A stretch of DNA of 42,392 bases from IMG/VR virus record IMGVR_UViG_2778261252_000011; one strand, 5' to 3'. The position numbers and the translations under genes were made by a program. This document shows positions 1-9,979 of this stretch, piece by piece. Positions within the stretch are counted from its first letter, which is position 1, and the number at the start of each line of letters is the position of its first letter. Origin of the DNA: a virus. Taxonomy: Duplodnaviria > Heunggongvirae > Uroviricota > Caudoviricetes. The notes under the pieces were generated by a model. It was given only the letters and a program-made list of their open reading frames with translations. It was not told the DNA's origin and did not search any database.

Positions 1-1236
1 CTACGATAACCGCGCATTCAACATGGCTATCTGTTCGTCGTTCATGTCATCAATCCACATACCGTAAATTTCATACACCATCTGCGCAGTTTCATGCCCC
101 ATTTGGCTGGCTATAAATGCCGGGTTCGCTCCTGCCGTCAACAGCCAGCAGGCAAAAGTATGCCGCGTATGGTACGGATTACGGCGGCGAATACCAGCAC
201 GTTTTACTGCTGCATTCCACCTTGCCCCCAAACTGCTTACCGAGTAATAAGGTTTTTGTTTTCCGTTACACACCCTGGGCATGAAAACAAAATGCAGTTT
301 TTGCTTTTCGGTTCTGCCGTACTCCCGATGATAAAAGGTGATTTCGCTTTTGCGATGATGCCCGGTCAGTTTGTATTGCTCCTTCAGTGCTTCAAGAGCA
401 GGCTGCAGTAGTGTTACTGTTCGGATCCCGGCATTTGTTTTTGGGGGACCGAACATATCAAGTATCGTCAGGTTTCTTCTGACATTCACTATTCCCTTTT
501 CGAGATCCACATCCTCCCACGCCAGAGCTGCCAGTTCCCCGTGACGAAGTCCTGAGTAAACGGCAAATTTCCACAAGTTCTGGCTCTGTCCTTTTTCACT
601 TTCCATTAATGCATTGAATTCTGTTTTAGATAACGGATCAGGCTTTATTCTGTTTCGCTGTAATTTTTTTACTCCTTCAAATGGTTTGGTTGATATAAAT
701 CCCGACTGATACGCAAAACGCAACAGCGAACAGAGCAGGGCGATATAGTTATCAACTGTGCGCACGGTTCTTCCTTTTTTGTTGGATCTTGGATTATCCA
801 GGTAAAGCGTTTCTCCATGCAGCAGTTCATTCCGGTAGTTTAAGATATCGCTATAACGAATATGTGATATCGGGGTACTTTCACAAATTATTATTCTGAG
901 TGTTTTTAATTGTGATTTCGTTTTCTTCATTGTGTTTGTTGTTAACTCTGTCTCTTTAATTTTTGTCCAGATATCACAAAGCTCTCCGAACGTTTTTATG
1001 ACTCTCGTTGTCACCATTTTTGCCCCAGTGCTGGACTGGGGAAAACGTCTTAAATACTCAAATTCACCGGAGTTTATTTCATGAACTATCAGCGCTCTTA
1101 AATTTCCGGCCTTTTTAATATTACTGTTTGTAATCTCCCAGCCTTTTAATGTTTCCCGACATCGTTTTCCTCGAAACATGAACCAGATGCGAATGTATCT
1201 ACCTCTAATCTCGACACCTGTTGGTAATTTAGACAT
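1..1236 (-). CDS. intR: Tyrosine-recombinase phage integrase (411 aa), Rac IntR-like; stop codon is the first three bases of the window
   Basis: Full 411-aa ORF; C-terminal integrase motifs (R..HxxR..Y region: RHTFACWLL...YEIYG); position at the prophage end, next to an excisionase-like gene. Confidence 0.9.
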   Translation of the reverse strand: MSKLPTGVEIRGRYIRIWFMFRGKRCRETLKGWEITNSNIKKAGNLRALIVHEINSGEFEYLRRFPQSSTGAKMVTTRVIKTFGELCDIWTKIKETELTTNTMKKTKSQLKTLRIIICESTPISHIRYSDILNYRNELLHGETLYLDNPRSNKKGRTVRTVDNYIALLCSLLRFAYQSGFISTKPFEGVKKLQRNRIKPDPLSKTEFNALMESEKGQSQNLWKFAVYSGLRHGELAALAWEDVDLEKGIVNVRRNLTILDMFGPPKTNAGIRTVTLLQPALEALKEQYKLTGHHRKSEITFYHREYGRTEKQKLHFVFMPRVCNGKQKPYYSVSSLGARWNAAVKRAGIRRRNPYHTRHTFACWLLTAGANPAFIASQMGHETAQMVYEIYGMWIDDMNDEQIAMLNARLS

Positions 1237-1237
1237 A

Positions 1238-1453
1238 TCATGAGTCTTTGATAAACTGATTTATCTTTGGATAGTTGTACCAGATAATCCCTCGTTTGCT
1301 GTCTGGCTTACCTAAAGGAGATACTCGTTTGAAGTGGAAGCCCTCCACCCAACAGTTCTGGCGGTATGCTTCAATTTGTCTGGCCCCCAGACCAGTGCGA
1401 AGCATCAGGCCGTATTCAACCATCCACTCTTCATTAAAGATTACTTGTGCCAT
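1238..1453 (-). CDS. xisR: Excisionase-like protein (71 aa), Rac XisR/YdaQ-like
   Basis: Small ORF immediately upstream of int on the same strand; internal Met ([10 protein letters not shown]...) gives the 71-aa size I recall for YdaQ. Confidence 0.7.
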   Translation of the reverse strand: MAQVIFNEEWMVEYGLMLRTGLGARQIEAYRQNCWVEGFHFKRVSPLGKPDSKRGIIWYNYPKINQFIKDS

Positions 1454-1531
1454 CGCATCACCTCTGGCAGGCGCCAATGTTAGACTGAAATTGACGCCCG
1501 ATGTTGATTATTAATAATCAGCTATGAAGTT

Positions 1532-1741
1532 TTAATTTGAATACAATGCAATTCTCGAGGACTGAAGTTTCTCGCAATTAAAATTTATCAGTTTTACTTT
1601 CTGCTCTCTGGAAACGCCTGCTTCTTTTTTACCTGAGAGCATTTTTTCGCATTCTGATTTCGTTAGTTTAGATTTTGAATATCTTGTCCAGTTAGTAGGA
1701 GTGCCACCTTCCTTTTCAATAGTGGCGGTAATTTTATACAT
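1532..1741 (-). CDS. ydaC: YdaC-like small prophage protein (69 aa)
   Basis: ORF MYKITATIEKEGG... with a GGAGG Shine-Dalgarno 6 nt upstream; same position as ydaC in Rac. Confidence 0.6.
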   Translation of the reverse strand: MYKITATIEKEGGTPTNWTRYSKSKLTKSECEKMLSGKKEAGVSREQKVKLINFNCEKLQSSRIALYSN

Positions 1742-1928
1742 GAACACCTCCATTATTATTTCCAGTGGTTCGTTTATTCCATCTTTCGAGTGCTTCTTTT
1801 TCACTTCCACCATAACCGGTTCGGGATTCGCATCCGTTACACTTCGCTCGGTAATATCCTGAAATGGCTTTCACCGTTACTGATGGACAACCACAAAATG
1901 GACATGGTTTAACATTGTCATATCTCAT
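1734..1928 (-). CDS. ralR: RalR (Lar) restriction-alleviation protein / type I toxin (64 aa)
   Basis: Translation MRYDNVKPCPFCGCPSVTVKAISGYYRAKCNGCESR... matches my recollection of RalR; 8-bp overlap with ydaC. The partner RalA antisense sRNA is known from the literature, but I cannot place it from sequence. Confidence 0.8.
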   Translation of the reverse strand: MRYDNVKPCPFCGCPSVTVKAISGYYRAKCNGCESRTGYGGSEKEALERWNKRTTGNNNGGVHV

Positions 1929-1984
1929 AATTTTTCTCATAAAAAATATTTCAAGTTGGCGGTGCATTACACCGCCAGGCTGAA

Positions 1985-2794
1985 TTATTCCTCTGAATTA
2001 TCGATTACACTGTATTCCCCGGTTAATACAGAGGAATCTGCAGGATCGATTGTCAGTGGTTCCTTTTCATCCATTGATACTGCACGCTGGATCTCAATTG
2101 ATACGGGCAGATATTTGAACAGGCGACGAATAGCCGTTTTCTTTGCCATTTCTTCCCAGTGAGTTACCCACGGCCCGTTATTACCAGCTTTACTCAGGCT
2201 GCGCACCAGCTCAATCTGTTTGCGCGTCATAACTTCAAACTGAGTACCTCCGTCTTTCAGTCTTGCGACAGCATAGACGTGGGTAACCGGGGCATCTTCG
2301 TTTTCTCCCGGGCGGTGTATTAACTTTTCATCAAGGCCAAATTCGAAGCTAAACTCGTCACCTTCACGGACAACACGGGCTGACAGGCTGGCGATTTGAC
2401 CAGAACGGCGAGCCAGATCAATCATGCCGCGATAGCCAATGATTAGCTGAACGTTCTTTTTACCGCTCTTTTCGTTTTTATTACCAAAAGGCAGTAAATA
2501 TGCATGACCGAGGGCGCTACCTGGCTCAAGTCCGAGCTGTGAACACTGTACGATCGCACTGACAAAACTCATAGTGTCACAGTTTCCTAACGCCGGAACT
2601 TTACGAATTTCTGTAGTGGCGATACGGATCATACGTTCAGCCGTCATATGGCGTGGAAGAGCTGCTGCCAGTTGCTCTTTCATTGATGGCTGGTTAATAA
2701 AACTAATCACGTCGCTATTTTTAACTGCTGCTGGTGCACGGTTTCCCTGAGTTTTTTGCAGATCGGCTTTTGCGATTGGTGGTTGCTTAGTCAT
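1985..2794 (-). CDS. recT: RecT single-strand annealing recombinase (269 aa)
   Basis: Translation from [16 protein letters not shown]...; start overlaps the recE stop, as in the recET operon. Confidence 0.9.
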   Translation of the reverse strand: MTKQPPIAKADLQKTQGNRAPAAVKNSDVISFINQPSMKEQLAAALPRHMTAERMIRIATTEIRKVPALGNCDTMSFVSAIVQCSQLGLEPGSALGHAYLLPFGNKNEKSGKKNVQLIIGYRGMIDLARRSGQIASLSARVVREGDEFSFEFGLDEKLIHRPGENEDAPVTHVYAVARLKDGGTQFEVMTRKQIELVRSLSKAGNNGPWVTHWEEMAKKTAIRRLFKYLPVSIEIQRAVSMDEKEPLTIDPADSSVLTGEYSVIDNSEE

Positions 2795-5387
2795 TTGCAT
2801 ATTCCTTAGCCCAGCGGGGCAGTGATAATGTCTTAATAGCTGGCCATTCATCGGTATTCAGGCAGTCAGACAGGGTTCGCAGATTGCGGTGATATTCCTG
2901 TTGACCTGCCAGTTTTGCTTCTTCGCCCATCATGAAAATTTCAACCGGATAACGTCCGCATTCAATAGTTGTGCTGGCAACCAGAAAAACGAAAGTTGGC
3001 TGCACTCCAAACTGTGCTTCATAACCGTCACTGTAGAATGCATCCTGAACGTGATAGCGGTAGTCGTAATAAGCGGTTTTGAATCGTTGAATATCCGCCG
3101 TAGTTTTCACGTCCATGATCCAGTGAAATTCAGGGATAATTTTGTCCGGACGGCACCGACACAAAATTCCTGTTTCAGGATCTTCCCAGTAAATTGATGA
3201 TTCAGCGTGTCCGGCGCTTTCAACAAGCCATTGCCCCAGCGGCAAAGCCATAACGCTTTGATACATGAGTTCAATTTTCCGGCCTTCTTCCGCAGTGATA
3301 ACCGTTTTTCCTGTGCTTGCGCATTCCATCAGAAACGCTTTCTCTTCTTCTTTTCCGGCGTTTGTACGGCGGTTAAATTCAGGTGCTACGATAAAGCGGT
3401 TACTGAATTCTTCCGGTTCAAGTACCCGGCAGTGGAAAGCAGTTCCTAAATCGAGCGTTTTTGTCTTTGTGGTGTCCACGGGGGCATTTTTACGCCACAA
3501 ATATAGTGCCGGAGTATCAGCAATGTCATCGAGCTGAGACTTACTGATACCGGGACCCGCGTGGTAATTCTCATTCGAAATTCCGTAATAAATACCTGGC
3601 TCTATGTCTTCTACGATTACGGGATCTGCGACTTCGCCAGTTTCATCACTGCAATCGTGATGCGGATCGCTGCCAGCATTCTCATTGTGCGGATGTTCAG
3701 CGCCTTCCATTTCCTCCGGATCATTTTCCTTAGCTTCAACCTGACTCTCTTCATCGAATGTTTCCTGGTATGTTGCGTCGCCCATCACCGCACCACAGTC
3801 AGGGCAGTTATCCCCGCCAGTCTGGCCGCAGGCATTGCAGGCTATTTCCGGTTCCTGTTGCACTACTGGCTCAGGTTGATTCATATCTGGGCTGGTTTTT
3901 TCCGTTTCTGGCTGGTTCTGGTACACACAATCGCGAGTCTGGATCCCCTTTACCCATTTCGGATCGTTCGGGTCGCTAATTCCGTCAACAAATTCACCAC
4001 GTGATGCAGCAAGCAATTTATCGGCATCGACAGGATTTTTTGATGGAATGTTTTTCCGGGCTTCATGGAGTTCTGCCCGCAGTTCCTGATATTTCGCATC
4101 AACAGAATTTACCTGTGACTGAGCATCCAGCGGCTGCGTGTCCTGATGATGTTCAGTTGCGTCCGGTTCCATTGTTTCAGCCTCTCCCTGTTCAACTGCC
4201 GTTGTTCCAGATGGTTGCGGTTTTTCTTCATCATCCTGTTTTCCTTCTTCTGTTACTCGCTGCGGCATCGGGGCAGAGGAGCGACCGCAGGCAATATCCA
4301 CGATTTCCGGATCAGGGTTGGCATGATCGGTTTCAGTCAGTACTTTGTTCAGATATTCAGTGACGTGCGCGGGGATGACCTCGATCCCAATTGGTGCTTC
4401 TTTTACGGACGCAACCACGATGGCGCGGGAATAATCCAGCCCGCCAGGCATGGTGATGAATTTGTCGCGGAAAACAGAAAAGGGCGGTTTATTTTCAGCG
4501 ATAATTTCCTCAATGCGTTTAGCGTGTGCCGGATGAAGGTTATAGATGTCCAGATCCATTGAACGGGCCAGTACGCCAGTGGCTACGTCGCGCGCCAGTG
4601 ACGTCAGATCGTGTACGAAACCTTCGCCGCGATCGGTGAGGTTTCCGCCGCCAGCATTAGCACCGGAAGCCGTGCGAGTGATGTGTGAAACACGATTACC
4701 CTTCATCCACTCTTTTGTCAGCAGTCCTCGATCGGTGTAGTCAGCGTTCAGGTATGCTTCGAAAAAAGCAGTTATCAGTCCCAGGTTTGAATTACCAGGA
4801 TTAGGGAAAACTTTGTCAGTGTCACGAACCAGTTTGTGGAGTTCGCGAATTTCCAGCGGGTCGAGCAGGCTGGTTTTGTGGGAAACAGCCAGGGCAGTAA
4901 CAGCCGGTAGTTCTTCAGCCCGAGCAATGTGTAATGCCTGGAGTCCGTCGCGTGAAACGTGCGTTACCGGTTTTTCGCTGCCGTGTTGAGCAAGCCAACG
5001 AATGGGCAGTTCCTGGCCAGAAATTGGGAGTAGCATATTCTCCTCAATCTCAGTCATGTCTTCGCCGTTGACGTTGGTATTGCCTTGATAATGAGCGTTG
5101 TCTGGTGCTGCTCCCGGTTTTAGTTCCCATGTCATGGAGTCTTTGCTGAGTTGATAGCGTTCACTCCAGGTAAAATCGATCTCACCTTCAGCGGGCAGGT
5201 CATTAACGACAGGAAAATTCGTGGCAACAGCTTTAAAATAGCTGCTCAGTTTTTTACCTGACTTAACGATCAGGTAGTCCAGAGTGGCACAGGTCGATTC
5301 AAAATCGTTGCTTGCCCACAGGACGACGTCAGGTTCACCGGATGATTTTTTCGCTTTCCGTAACAGGAAGAGTGGTTTTGTGCTCAT
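2787..5387 (-). CDS. recE: RecE exodeoxyribonuclease VIII (866 aa)
   Basis: 866-aa ORF upstream of and overlapping recT; size and context match Rac recE. Many antisense ORFs lie inside it and are rejected. Confidence 0.9.
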   Translation of the reverse strand: MSTKPLFLLRKAKKSSGEPDVVLWASNDFESTCATLDYLIVKSGKKLSSYFKAVATNFPVVNDLPAEGEIDFTWSERYQLSKDSMTWELKPGAAPDNAHYQGNTNVNGEDMTEIEENMLLPISGQELPIRWLAQHGSEKPVTHVSRDGLQALHIARAEELPAVTALAVSHKTSLLDPLEIRELHKLVRDTDKVFPNPGNSNLGLITAFFEAYLNADYTDRGLLTKEWMKGNRVSHITRTASGANAGGGNLTDRGEGFVHDLTSLARDVATGVLARSMDLDIYNLHPAHAKRIEEIIAENKPPFSVFRDKFITMPGGLDYSRAIVVASVKEAPIGIEVIPAHVTEYLNKVLTETDHANPDPEIVDIACGRSSAPMPQRVTEEGKQDDEEKPQPSGTTAVEQGEAETMEPDATEHHQDTQPLDAQSQVNSVDAKYQELRAELHEARKNIPSKNPVDADKLLAASRGEFVDGISDPNDPKWVKGIQTRDCVYQNQPETEKTSPDMNQPEPVVQQEPEIACNACGQTGGDNCPDCGAVMGDATYQETFDEESQVEAKENDPEEMEGAEHPHNENAGSDPHHDCSDETGEVADPVIVEDIEPGIYYGISNENYHAGPGISKSQLDDIADTPALYLWRKNAPVDTTKTKTLDLGTAFHCRVLEPEEFSNRFIVAPEFNRRTNAGKEEEKAFLMECASTGKTVITAEEGRKIELMYQSVMALPLGQWLVESAGHAESSIYWEDPETGILCRCRPDKIIPEFHWIMDVKTTADIQRFKTAYYDYRYHVQDAFYSDGYEAQFGVQPTFVFLVASTTIECGRYPVEIFMMGEEAKLAGQQEYHRNLRTLSDCLNTDEWPAIKTLSLPRWAKEYAND

Positions 5388-5488
5388 TGTTTTTTAACCT
5401 CAACTCAGATTAAAATTCGTTTTGTTCAGTGAATGATCTTGCCGGATACACACTGTTCATAGCCTGCGCCATACGCAGGCTATTTCTT

Positions 5489-5764
5489 TCAGATTTCACC
5501 TTTTAATTTCATTGCAATTAGAGTTGCCAGAAATTCGGCTTTTTTTTCTGCGGGCAGATTCTTTCCGATATGCACCAGGCACATTTTTTTGACACCTTCA
5601 TCAAGTGTTTTTACGTTGCCTGATGGACCATCGATATCAACCACAGTGAATGGGGTTTCTTTATTTTCTGTTTTAATTACGTAGCCAATGTGCTTTCCTT
5701 CCAGATTCACCTCGTGAACAATGTCATCGGTAGTTACAACAGTGGCTTCATAATTGGTAATCAT
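5489..5764 (-). CDS. racC: RacC-like protein (91 aa)
   Basis: Translation MITNYEATVVTTDDIVHEVNLEGK... from an internal Met of the 107-aa ORF. Confidence 0.7.
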   Translation of the reverse strand: MITNYEATVVTTDDIVHEVNLEGKHIGYVIKTENKETPFTVVDIDGPSGNVKTLDEGVKKMCLVHIGKNLPAEKKAEFLATLIAMKLKGEI

Positions 5765-5838
5765 GTTTTTCTCCTTAATTAAGGTTGAGCGAATACCTGC
5801 CATTTCTGGCATAAATTCAGTTTCGAATAGTCAATTAA

Positions 5839-6009
5839 TTAAAGTTCATGTGCCATCTGGTCTTTTTCGGCACAAGCTTCACTGCAATATTTTCTCGGTT
5901 CGTCTTTTGATAAAATCCCGTGCATGAAGTGAAGCATTCTTTCAATAGCTTTGCTTTCTTCAACGTCTTTTTTGCAAAGGTGGTAAGCACATTTTATTTT
6001 CTTAGTCAT
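5839..6009 (-). CDS. ydaE: YdaE-like Cys-rich metal-binding protein (56 aa)
   Basis: Hand translation of the minus strand gives [14 protein letters not shown]...MAHEL with stop at 5839-5841; below the 60-aa cutoff of the ORF track; start overlaps the kilR stop by 1 nt. Confidence 0.6.
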   Translation of the reverse strand: MTKKIKCAYHLCKKDVEESKAIERMLHFMHGILSKDEPRKYCSEACAEKDQMAHEL

Positions 6010-6230
6010 CACCATGACTCCGCCTTTACAGGTAAACCATCACGACCGAGGAAGACTTTAATCATGCGGTCAGTAATGCATGTTTTTGTGGTCAGGTTAC
6101 GAATATATAGTTTTCGCTTTTTAATATTGTTTGCCGAGGCAATATATGTCCGGCCTTCATGAAGAACATAATCGCCAGGAGTCACACACTGACGTGGTAT
6201 TTCATCAGTTCCGAAGTGATGTGCAATCAT
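6009..6230 (-). CDS. kilR: KilR cell-division (FtsZ) inhibitor (73 aa)
   Basis: Translation [46 protein letters not shown]... matches Rac KilR. Confidence 0.8.
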   Translation of the reverse strand: MIAHHFGTDEIPRQCVTPGDYVLHEGRTYIASANNIKKRKLYIRNLTTKTCITDRMIKVFLGRDGLPVKAESW

Positions 6231-6671
6231 AATTATCTCCATTTTTACAAATGAACTTTGTTGATGCGGTGCCTGGTGCCTCCAGGTGACTGCAACCAGT
6301 TAACAATTACAGTCGGCTTTCCCACCCAAACCAATAAGGACTAACATGACTTTTAACTGTGCCACGTGCGCTTAGCCGCATTCACCGCATCACAAAATTC
6401 ACTTTAAAAAGGGCGGACATCAGCCGAACTTCAAGAAAAAAACTGATGCCGCCAGGACTACACACAGCAATGTCGTTATTTACAACCGGAGGCGCACTCC
6501 CACCATTTAAATTTAACAGACAAGACCGACTCTTTATGGATATCGGAAATGCGCCTTCGTGTTGTGCCCGGTTTTATTTCACCACCTCCGGGCTTCGGTG
6601 GTCTCGGCTATACCCCTACAGCGAGAGCTTGTGTTAACATTTCAATACCCTTACAGTTGAGAGTTATTGAT

Positions 6672-7160
6672 ATGTTGGATGTATTTACTCCATTGTTGAA
6701 ACTTTTTGCTAACGAGCCACTCGAAAGACTTATGTATACGATTATCATTTTTGGTCTCACTCTCTGGCTGATACCGAAAGAGTTTACTGCCGCATTCAAT
6801 GCTTATACTGAAATACCTTGGCTCTTTCAGATTATCGTTTTTGCCTTTTCTTTCGTGGTCGCCATTTCCTTCTCAAGATTGCGAGCACATATTCAAAAGC
6901 ATTATTCATTACTACCAGAGCAACGAGTATTGCTTCGTTTATCTGAGAAAGAAATCGCTGTATTTAAAGATTTCCTTAAAACAGGAAATCTTATTATCAC
7001 TTCTCCTTGCCGTAACCCGGTTATGAAAAAATTAGAACGGAAGGGCATCATTCAACATCAGAGTGATAGCGCAAACTGTTCTTATTATCTCGTCACCGAA
7101 AAATACTCCCATTTTATGAAGTTATTCTGGAACAGCAGGAGTAGACGTTTTAATCGTTAG
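6672..7160 (+). CDS. sieB: SieB superinfection-exclusion protein (162 aa, membrane)
   Basis: Translation MLDVFTPLLKLFANEPLERLMYTIIIFGLTLWLIPKEF...; internal Met of the 203-aa ORF; hydrophobic N-terminal segments. Confidence 0.85.
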   Translation: MLDVFTPLLKLFANEPLERLMYTIIIFGLTLWLIPKEFTAAFNAYTEIPWLFQIIVFAFSFVVAISFSRLRAHIQKHYSLLPEQRVLLRLSEKEIAVFKDFLKTGNLIITSPCRNPVMKKLERKGIIQHQSDSANCSYYLVTEKYSHFMKLFWNSRSRRFNR

Positions 7161-7312
7161 CTTACTGTGTGCTTCTCCAACCATCGGCGCGCACCAGTTT
7201 CGGTTTTAAATGTTTTGCTTTTGGTATACGTCATGGCAGTGAACGTTCCATCCTGGTTGGGGAACACGCCGCACACCAGGGATTCGTTGTTGCCGAGGTC
7301 GATTTTTTGCAT
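7157..7312 (-). CDS. ydaF: YdaF-like small protein (51 aa)
   Basis: Hand translation MQKIDLGNNESLVCGVFPNQDGTFTAMTYTKSKTFKTETGARRWLEKHTVS; 4-nt overlap with the sieB end; the name is assigned by position and size only. Confidence 0.4.
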   Translation of the reverse strand: MQKIDLGNNESLVCGVFPNQDGTFTAMTYTKSKTFKTETGARRWLEKHTVS

Positions 7313-7322
7313 TTTGCGAATC

Positions 7323-7457
7323 TCACATCTTGTTGCTACGTATAGCGACTTCTGCCTGCCAGAGATCCCAGTCGTTGCTGCGTAAAGCCTGCACAGCCTT
7401 GTTGTAAGTGATACCGCAACAATCCATCAAATACTGAACTACTTCGTAATGCACCAT
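7323..7457 (-). CDS. ydaG: YdaG-like small protein (44 aa)
   Basis: Hand translation MVHYEVVQYLMDCCGITYNKAVQALR...IRSNKM with stop at 7323-7325. Confidence 0.5.
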   Translation of the reverse strand: MVHYEVVQYLMDCCGITYNKAVQALRSNDWDLWQAEVAIRSNKM

Positions 7458-7765
7458 CTTATCTCTCCCCTTAACGCCGGGTGGCGGAACTAACTGCTGC
7501 ACTGCAAAATTTGAATCCCGCCGTCATGTTCATACGCCTCGGGCTGGCTACTTAACCCCTTACCACTGCCTGGTAACTCGAAGTATTGCCCGGCGTTCTG
7601 TGGGGCGGGGTGGGTGGTATGCTGGAACTATAGGTAATGCCTAATTGATTGTCAATAGGCTATGCCTAATGTTTTGAGCGTAACCTAATAGGTGATGGCG
7701 ACAGCAGAAAGTGATGGGGGGGTTAAATAACGGAATCCAGGAGTTTTCCGTCAGACCATATAAGT

Positions 7766-8242
7766 TTAAGTTCCAGTTTTTGTGATGTTCTGGCTTTTCC
7801 GTTCAGATTCTAGAGCTTTCAGATACTTACCCACTTTCATTTCCATCGCTGCTATATAGGCGCGAACATCGTGGTCAACCCAATCTGGTTCTGTAGCATT
7901 TCCAGATAACAGGAAAGCTACAATCGCTCTTATTTCATCAGAGGCTGCTTGATAAAGGTTGTTTATATCTAAAAGTTCACTTTTTGTATCTGAATTGGTG
8001 GGGGTTGGTATGGGGTATTCGTTAAGCCCCCAATGCTCTGGACCAACAACATCAGAAAAGAAACGCCATAATTCTGGAAGTTTATCTTTACTTATAGAGC
8101 CTTTCTTAATCCAGTCATAAATTGATGGTGGTTGGACTTTGAAGTGGCGTGCGACCTCCGCCTTTGATTTGACGGATCCCGATGCGATTTTTTTGTTAAT
8201 GGCCTGCTCTATCGCTCGGCCTAAGTCTTTACCACTAAGCAT
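7766..8242 (-). CDS. racR: RacR prophage repressor (158 aa, HTH)
   Basis: 158-aa ORF divergent from ydaS; N-terminal helix-turn-helix-like segment; matches Rac RacR. Confidence 0.9.
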   Translation of the reverse strand: MLSGKDLGRAIEQAINKKIASGSVKSKAEVARHFKVQPPSIYDWIKKGSISKDKLPELWRFFSDVVGPEHWGLNEYPIPTPTNSDTKSELLDINNLYQAASDEIRAIVAFLLSGNATEPDWVDHDVRAYIAAMEMKVGKYLKALESERKSQNITKTGT

Positions 8243-8365
8243 TGCTTAATATTCTCCTATGCGCATTACATTAGGCAATCCCTACCCTTACCGCATTAGG
8301 CACAGCCTATTGACAATTGCGTTAGGCGTCGCCTAATATTTCTGTGTGTTTTTGGAGTTCATTCG
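8243..8365. promoter_or_regulatory. racR / ydaS divergent control region with ATTAGGC half-sites and the perfect palindrome TTAGGCGTCGCCTAA (8322-8336)
   Basis: Direct reading: ATTAGGC at 8270-8276 and 8295-8301, the palindrome at 8322-8336, and GCCTATTGACA at 8305-8315. Confidence 0.5.
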
Positions 8366-8662
8366 ATGAAAAAAGAGAACTATTCATTCAAGCAAGCTTG
8401 TGCTGTTGTCGGTGGGCAATCAGCAATGGCTAGGCTTTTAGGTGTATCACCTCCAAGCGTAAATCAATGGATCAAAGGGGTACGTCAATTGCCTGCCGAG
8501 AGATGTCCAGCAATTGAACGTGCAACAAGAGGTGAGGTTCTGTGCGAAGAACTTCGTCCTGATATTGACTGGTCATATTTACGACGTTCGGCATGTTGTT
8601 CGCAGAATATGTCAGTGAAGCAACTAAATGACAGTAACAAATCCTCATTTGATCATACCTGA
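8366..8662 (+). CDS. ydaS: YdaS Cro-like HTH protein (98 aa), toxic when derepressed
   Basis: 98-aa ORF divergent from racR; HTH-like segment QSAMARLLGVSPPSVNQWIKG. Confidence 0.85.
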   Translation: MKKENYSFKQACAVVGGQSAMARLLGVSPPSVNQWIKGVRQLPAERCPAIERATRGEVLCEELRPDIDWSYLRRSACCSQNMSVKQLNDSNKSSFDHT

Positions 8663-8684
8663 AACATCAAGAGGCAAATGATTC

Positions 8685-9107
8685 ATGAAAATCAAGCATG
8701 AGCACATCGAATCAGTGTTGTTTGCCCTAGCAGCCGAAAAAGGGCAGGCATGGGTAGCCAATGCAATTACTGAAGAATATCTGCGCCAGGGGGGCGGCGA
8801 ATTGCCCCTGGTTCCAGGCAAGGACTGGAACAATCAGCAGAATATCTATCACCGTTGGTTGAAAGGTGAAACGAAAACGCAAAGAGAAAAAATTCAGAAG
8901 CTGATCCCAGCAATTCTGGCAATCCTTCCGCGCGAGCTGCGTCACCGACTCTGCATCTTCGATACCCTGGAACGCCGTGCATTACTGGCGGCGCAGGAAG
9001 CGTTAAGTACGGCAATTGATGCGCATGATGATGCAGTCCAAGCCGTTTACCGGAAAGCGCATTTCAGCGGCGGCGGTTCTTCCGACGATTCTGTCGTAGT
9101 GCATTGA
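8685..9107 (+). CDS. ydaT: YdaT (140 aa), CII-like / toxic partner of YdaS
   Basis: 140-aa ORF immediately downstream of ydaS, as in Rac. Confidence 0.8.
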   Translation: MKIKHEHIESVLFALAAEKGQAWVANAITEEYLRQGGGELPLVPGKDWNNQQNIYHRWLKGETKTQREKIQKLIPAILAILPRELRHRLCIFDTLERRALLAAQEALSTAIDAHDDAVQAVYRKAHFSGGGSSDDSVVVH

Positions 9108-9152
9108 TTGAAATTAATCGTACCGAACTGTTTTGTTCGGTATCAGTTAAAT

Positions 9153-9594
9153 GTAACGCTGCGAGCGTTACAAGGTGAAAACAAATGGCTTCAAACTGGA
9201 TAAAGCTCGAAGTTATTACGCCGGATAAGCCGGAAATATTCAGGCTTGCTGAGATTCTGAATATTGATCCAGATGCCGCATTAGGGAAAGTCATTCGCTT
9301 CTGGGCATGGGCGGATCAACAAATGATAGACGGTAACGCAGAGTGTAACGCTCGCGGCGTTACAAAAAGTGCAATAGATCGCATCACTTTTATGGCTGGT
9401 TTTGCTGATGCGTTAATTCAGGTTGGATGGCTGGTCGAAACTAATGGTGTGTTGTCGCTTCCTAACTTTGAGCGCCATAACGGGAAAAGCTCTAAAAAAC
9501 GGGCGGTTACAAACGAGAGAGTAACAAAAATACGAGAACTGAAACGAAAAGGTAACGCTGCCAGCGTTACAAAAACGGATCAAAAAGCGTTACC
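9153..9594. repeat. Iteron-like repeats GTAACGC-N5-GCGTTAC (three 19-bp palindromes plus half-sites), candidate replication origin
   Basis: Palindromes at 9153-9171, 9345-9363 and 9552-9570; half-sites GCGGTTACAAA at 9504-9514 and GCGTTACC at 9587-9594; AT-rich stretch follows. Confidence 0.5.
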
Positions 9595-9973
9595 AGAGGA
9601 AGAGAAAGAGGAAGATATAAATACTTATCTCCCCCTAAATCCCCCTCGCCAAAAACGAGCGTCTAAAAAATTCGAACCGGAGGCTATCGAGCTGCCTGAC
9701 TGGTTGCCGGAAACACTCTGGCATGAGTGGGTTCAGTTCAGGCAGGCATTGCGAAAACCGATTCGAACGGAGCAGGGCGCTAACGGGGCGATACGGGAGC
9801 TGGAAAAATTCCGCCAGCAGGGTTTTTCACCTGAGCAGGTGATTAGACACAGCATTGCCCATGAATACCAGGGCTTGTTCGCGCCGAAAGGCGTTCGGCC
9901 TGAGACGTTGCTTCGACAGGTTAACACCGTCTCGTTTCCGGACAGTGCGATCCCACCAGGCTTCAGGGGGTAA
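9185..9973 (+). CDS. ydaU: YdaU replication initiator-like protein (262 aa; O-like, DUF1376)
   Basis: Position upstream of the DnaC-like gene; the gene contains iteron-like palindromes (separate feature). Confidence 0.75.
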   Translation: MASNWIKLEVITPDKPEIFRLAEILNIDPDAALGKVIRFWAWADQQMIDGNAECNARGVTKSAIDRITFMAGFADALIQVGWLVETNGVLSLPNFERHNGKSSKKRAVTNERVTKIRELKRKGNAASVTKTDQKALPEEEKEEDINTYLPLNPPRQKRASKKFEPEAIELPDWLPETLWHEWVQFRQALRKPIRTEQGANGAIRELEKFRQQGFSPEQVIRHSIAHEYQGLFAPKGVRPETLLRQVNTVSFPDSAIPPGFRG

Positions 9974-9979
9974 CGAAGC

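Noticed and set aside
2889-4740. Series of plus-strand ORFs of 64-147 aa
   Set aside because: All lie antisense within recE, which fully accounts for the region.
5461-5485. Hairpin TAGCCTGCG / CGCAGGCTA between racC and recE
   Set aside because: Its T-rich flank is on the plus strand, where nothing is transcribed into it; it is not a convincing terminator for the minus-strand genes.
6359-6671. 92-aa ORF and the N-terminal 41-codon extension of the sieB reading frame
   Set aside because: The SieB sequence begins at the internal Met at 6672; the upstream extension looks like read-through of the promoter region.
7167-7385. 72-aa plus-strand ORF
   Set aside because: It overlaps the minus-strand ydaF and ydaG reading frames, which fit the Rac gene order better. 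Confidence in ydaF is itself low, so this rejection is not firm.
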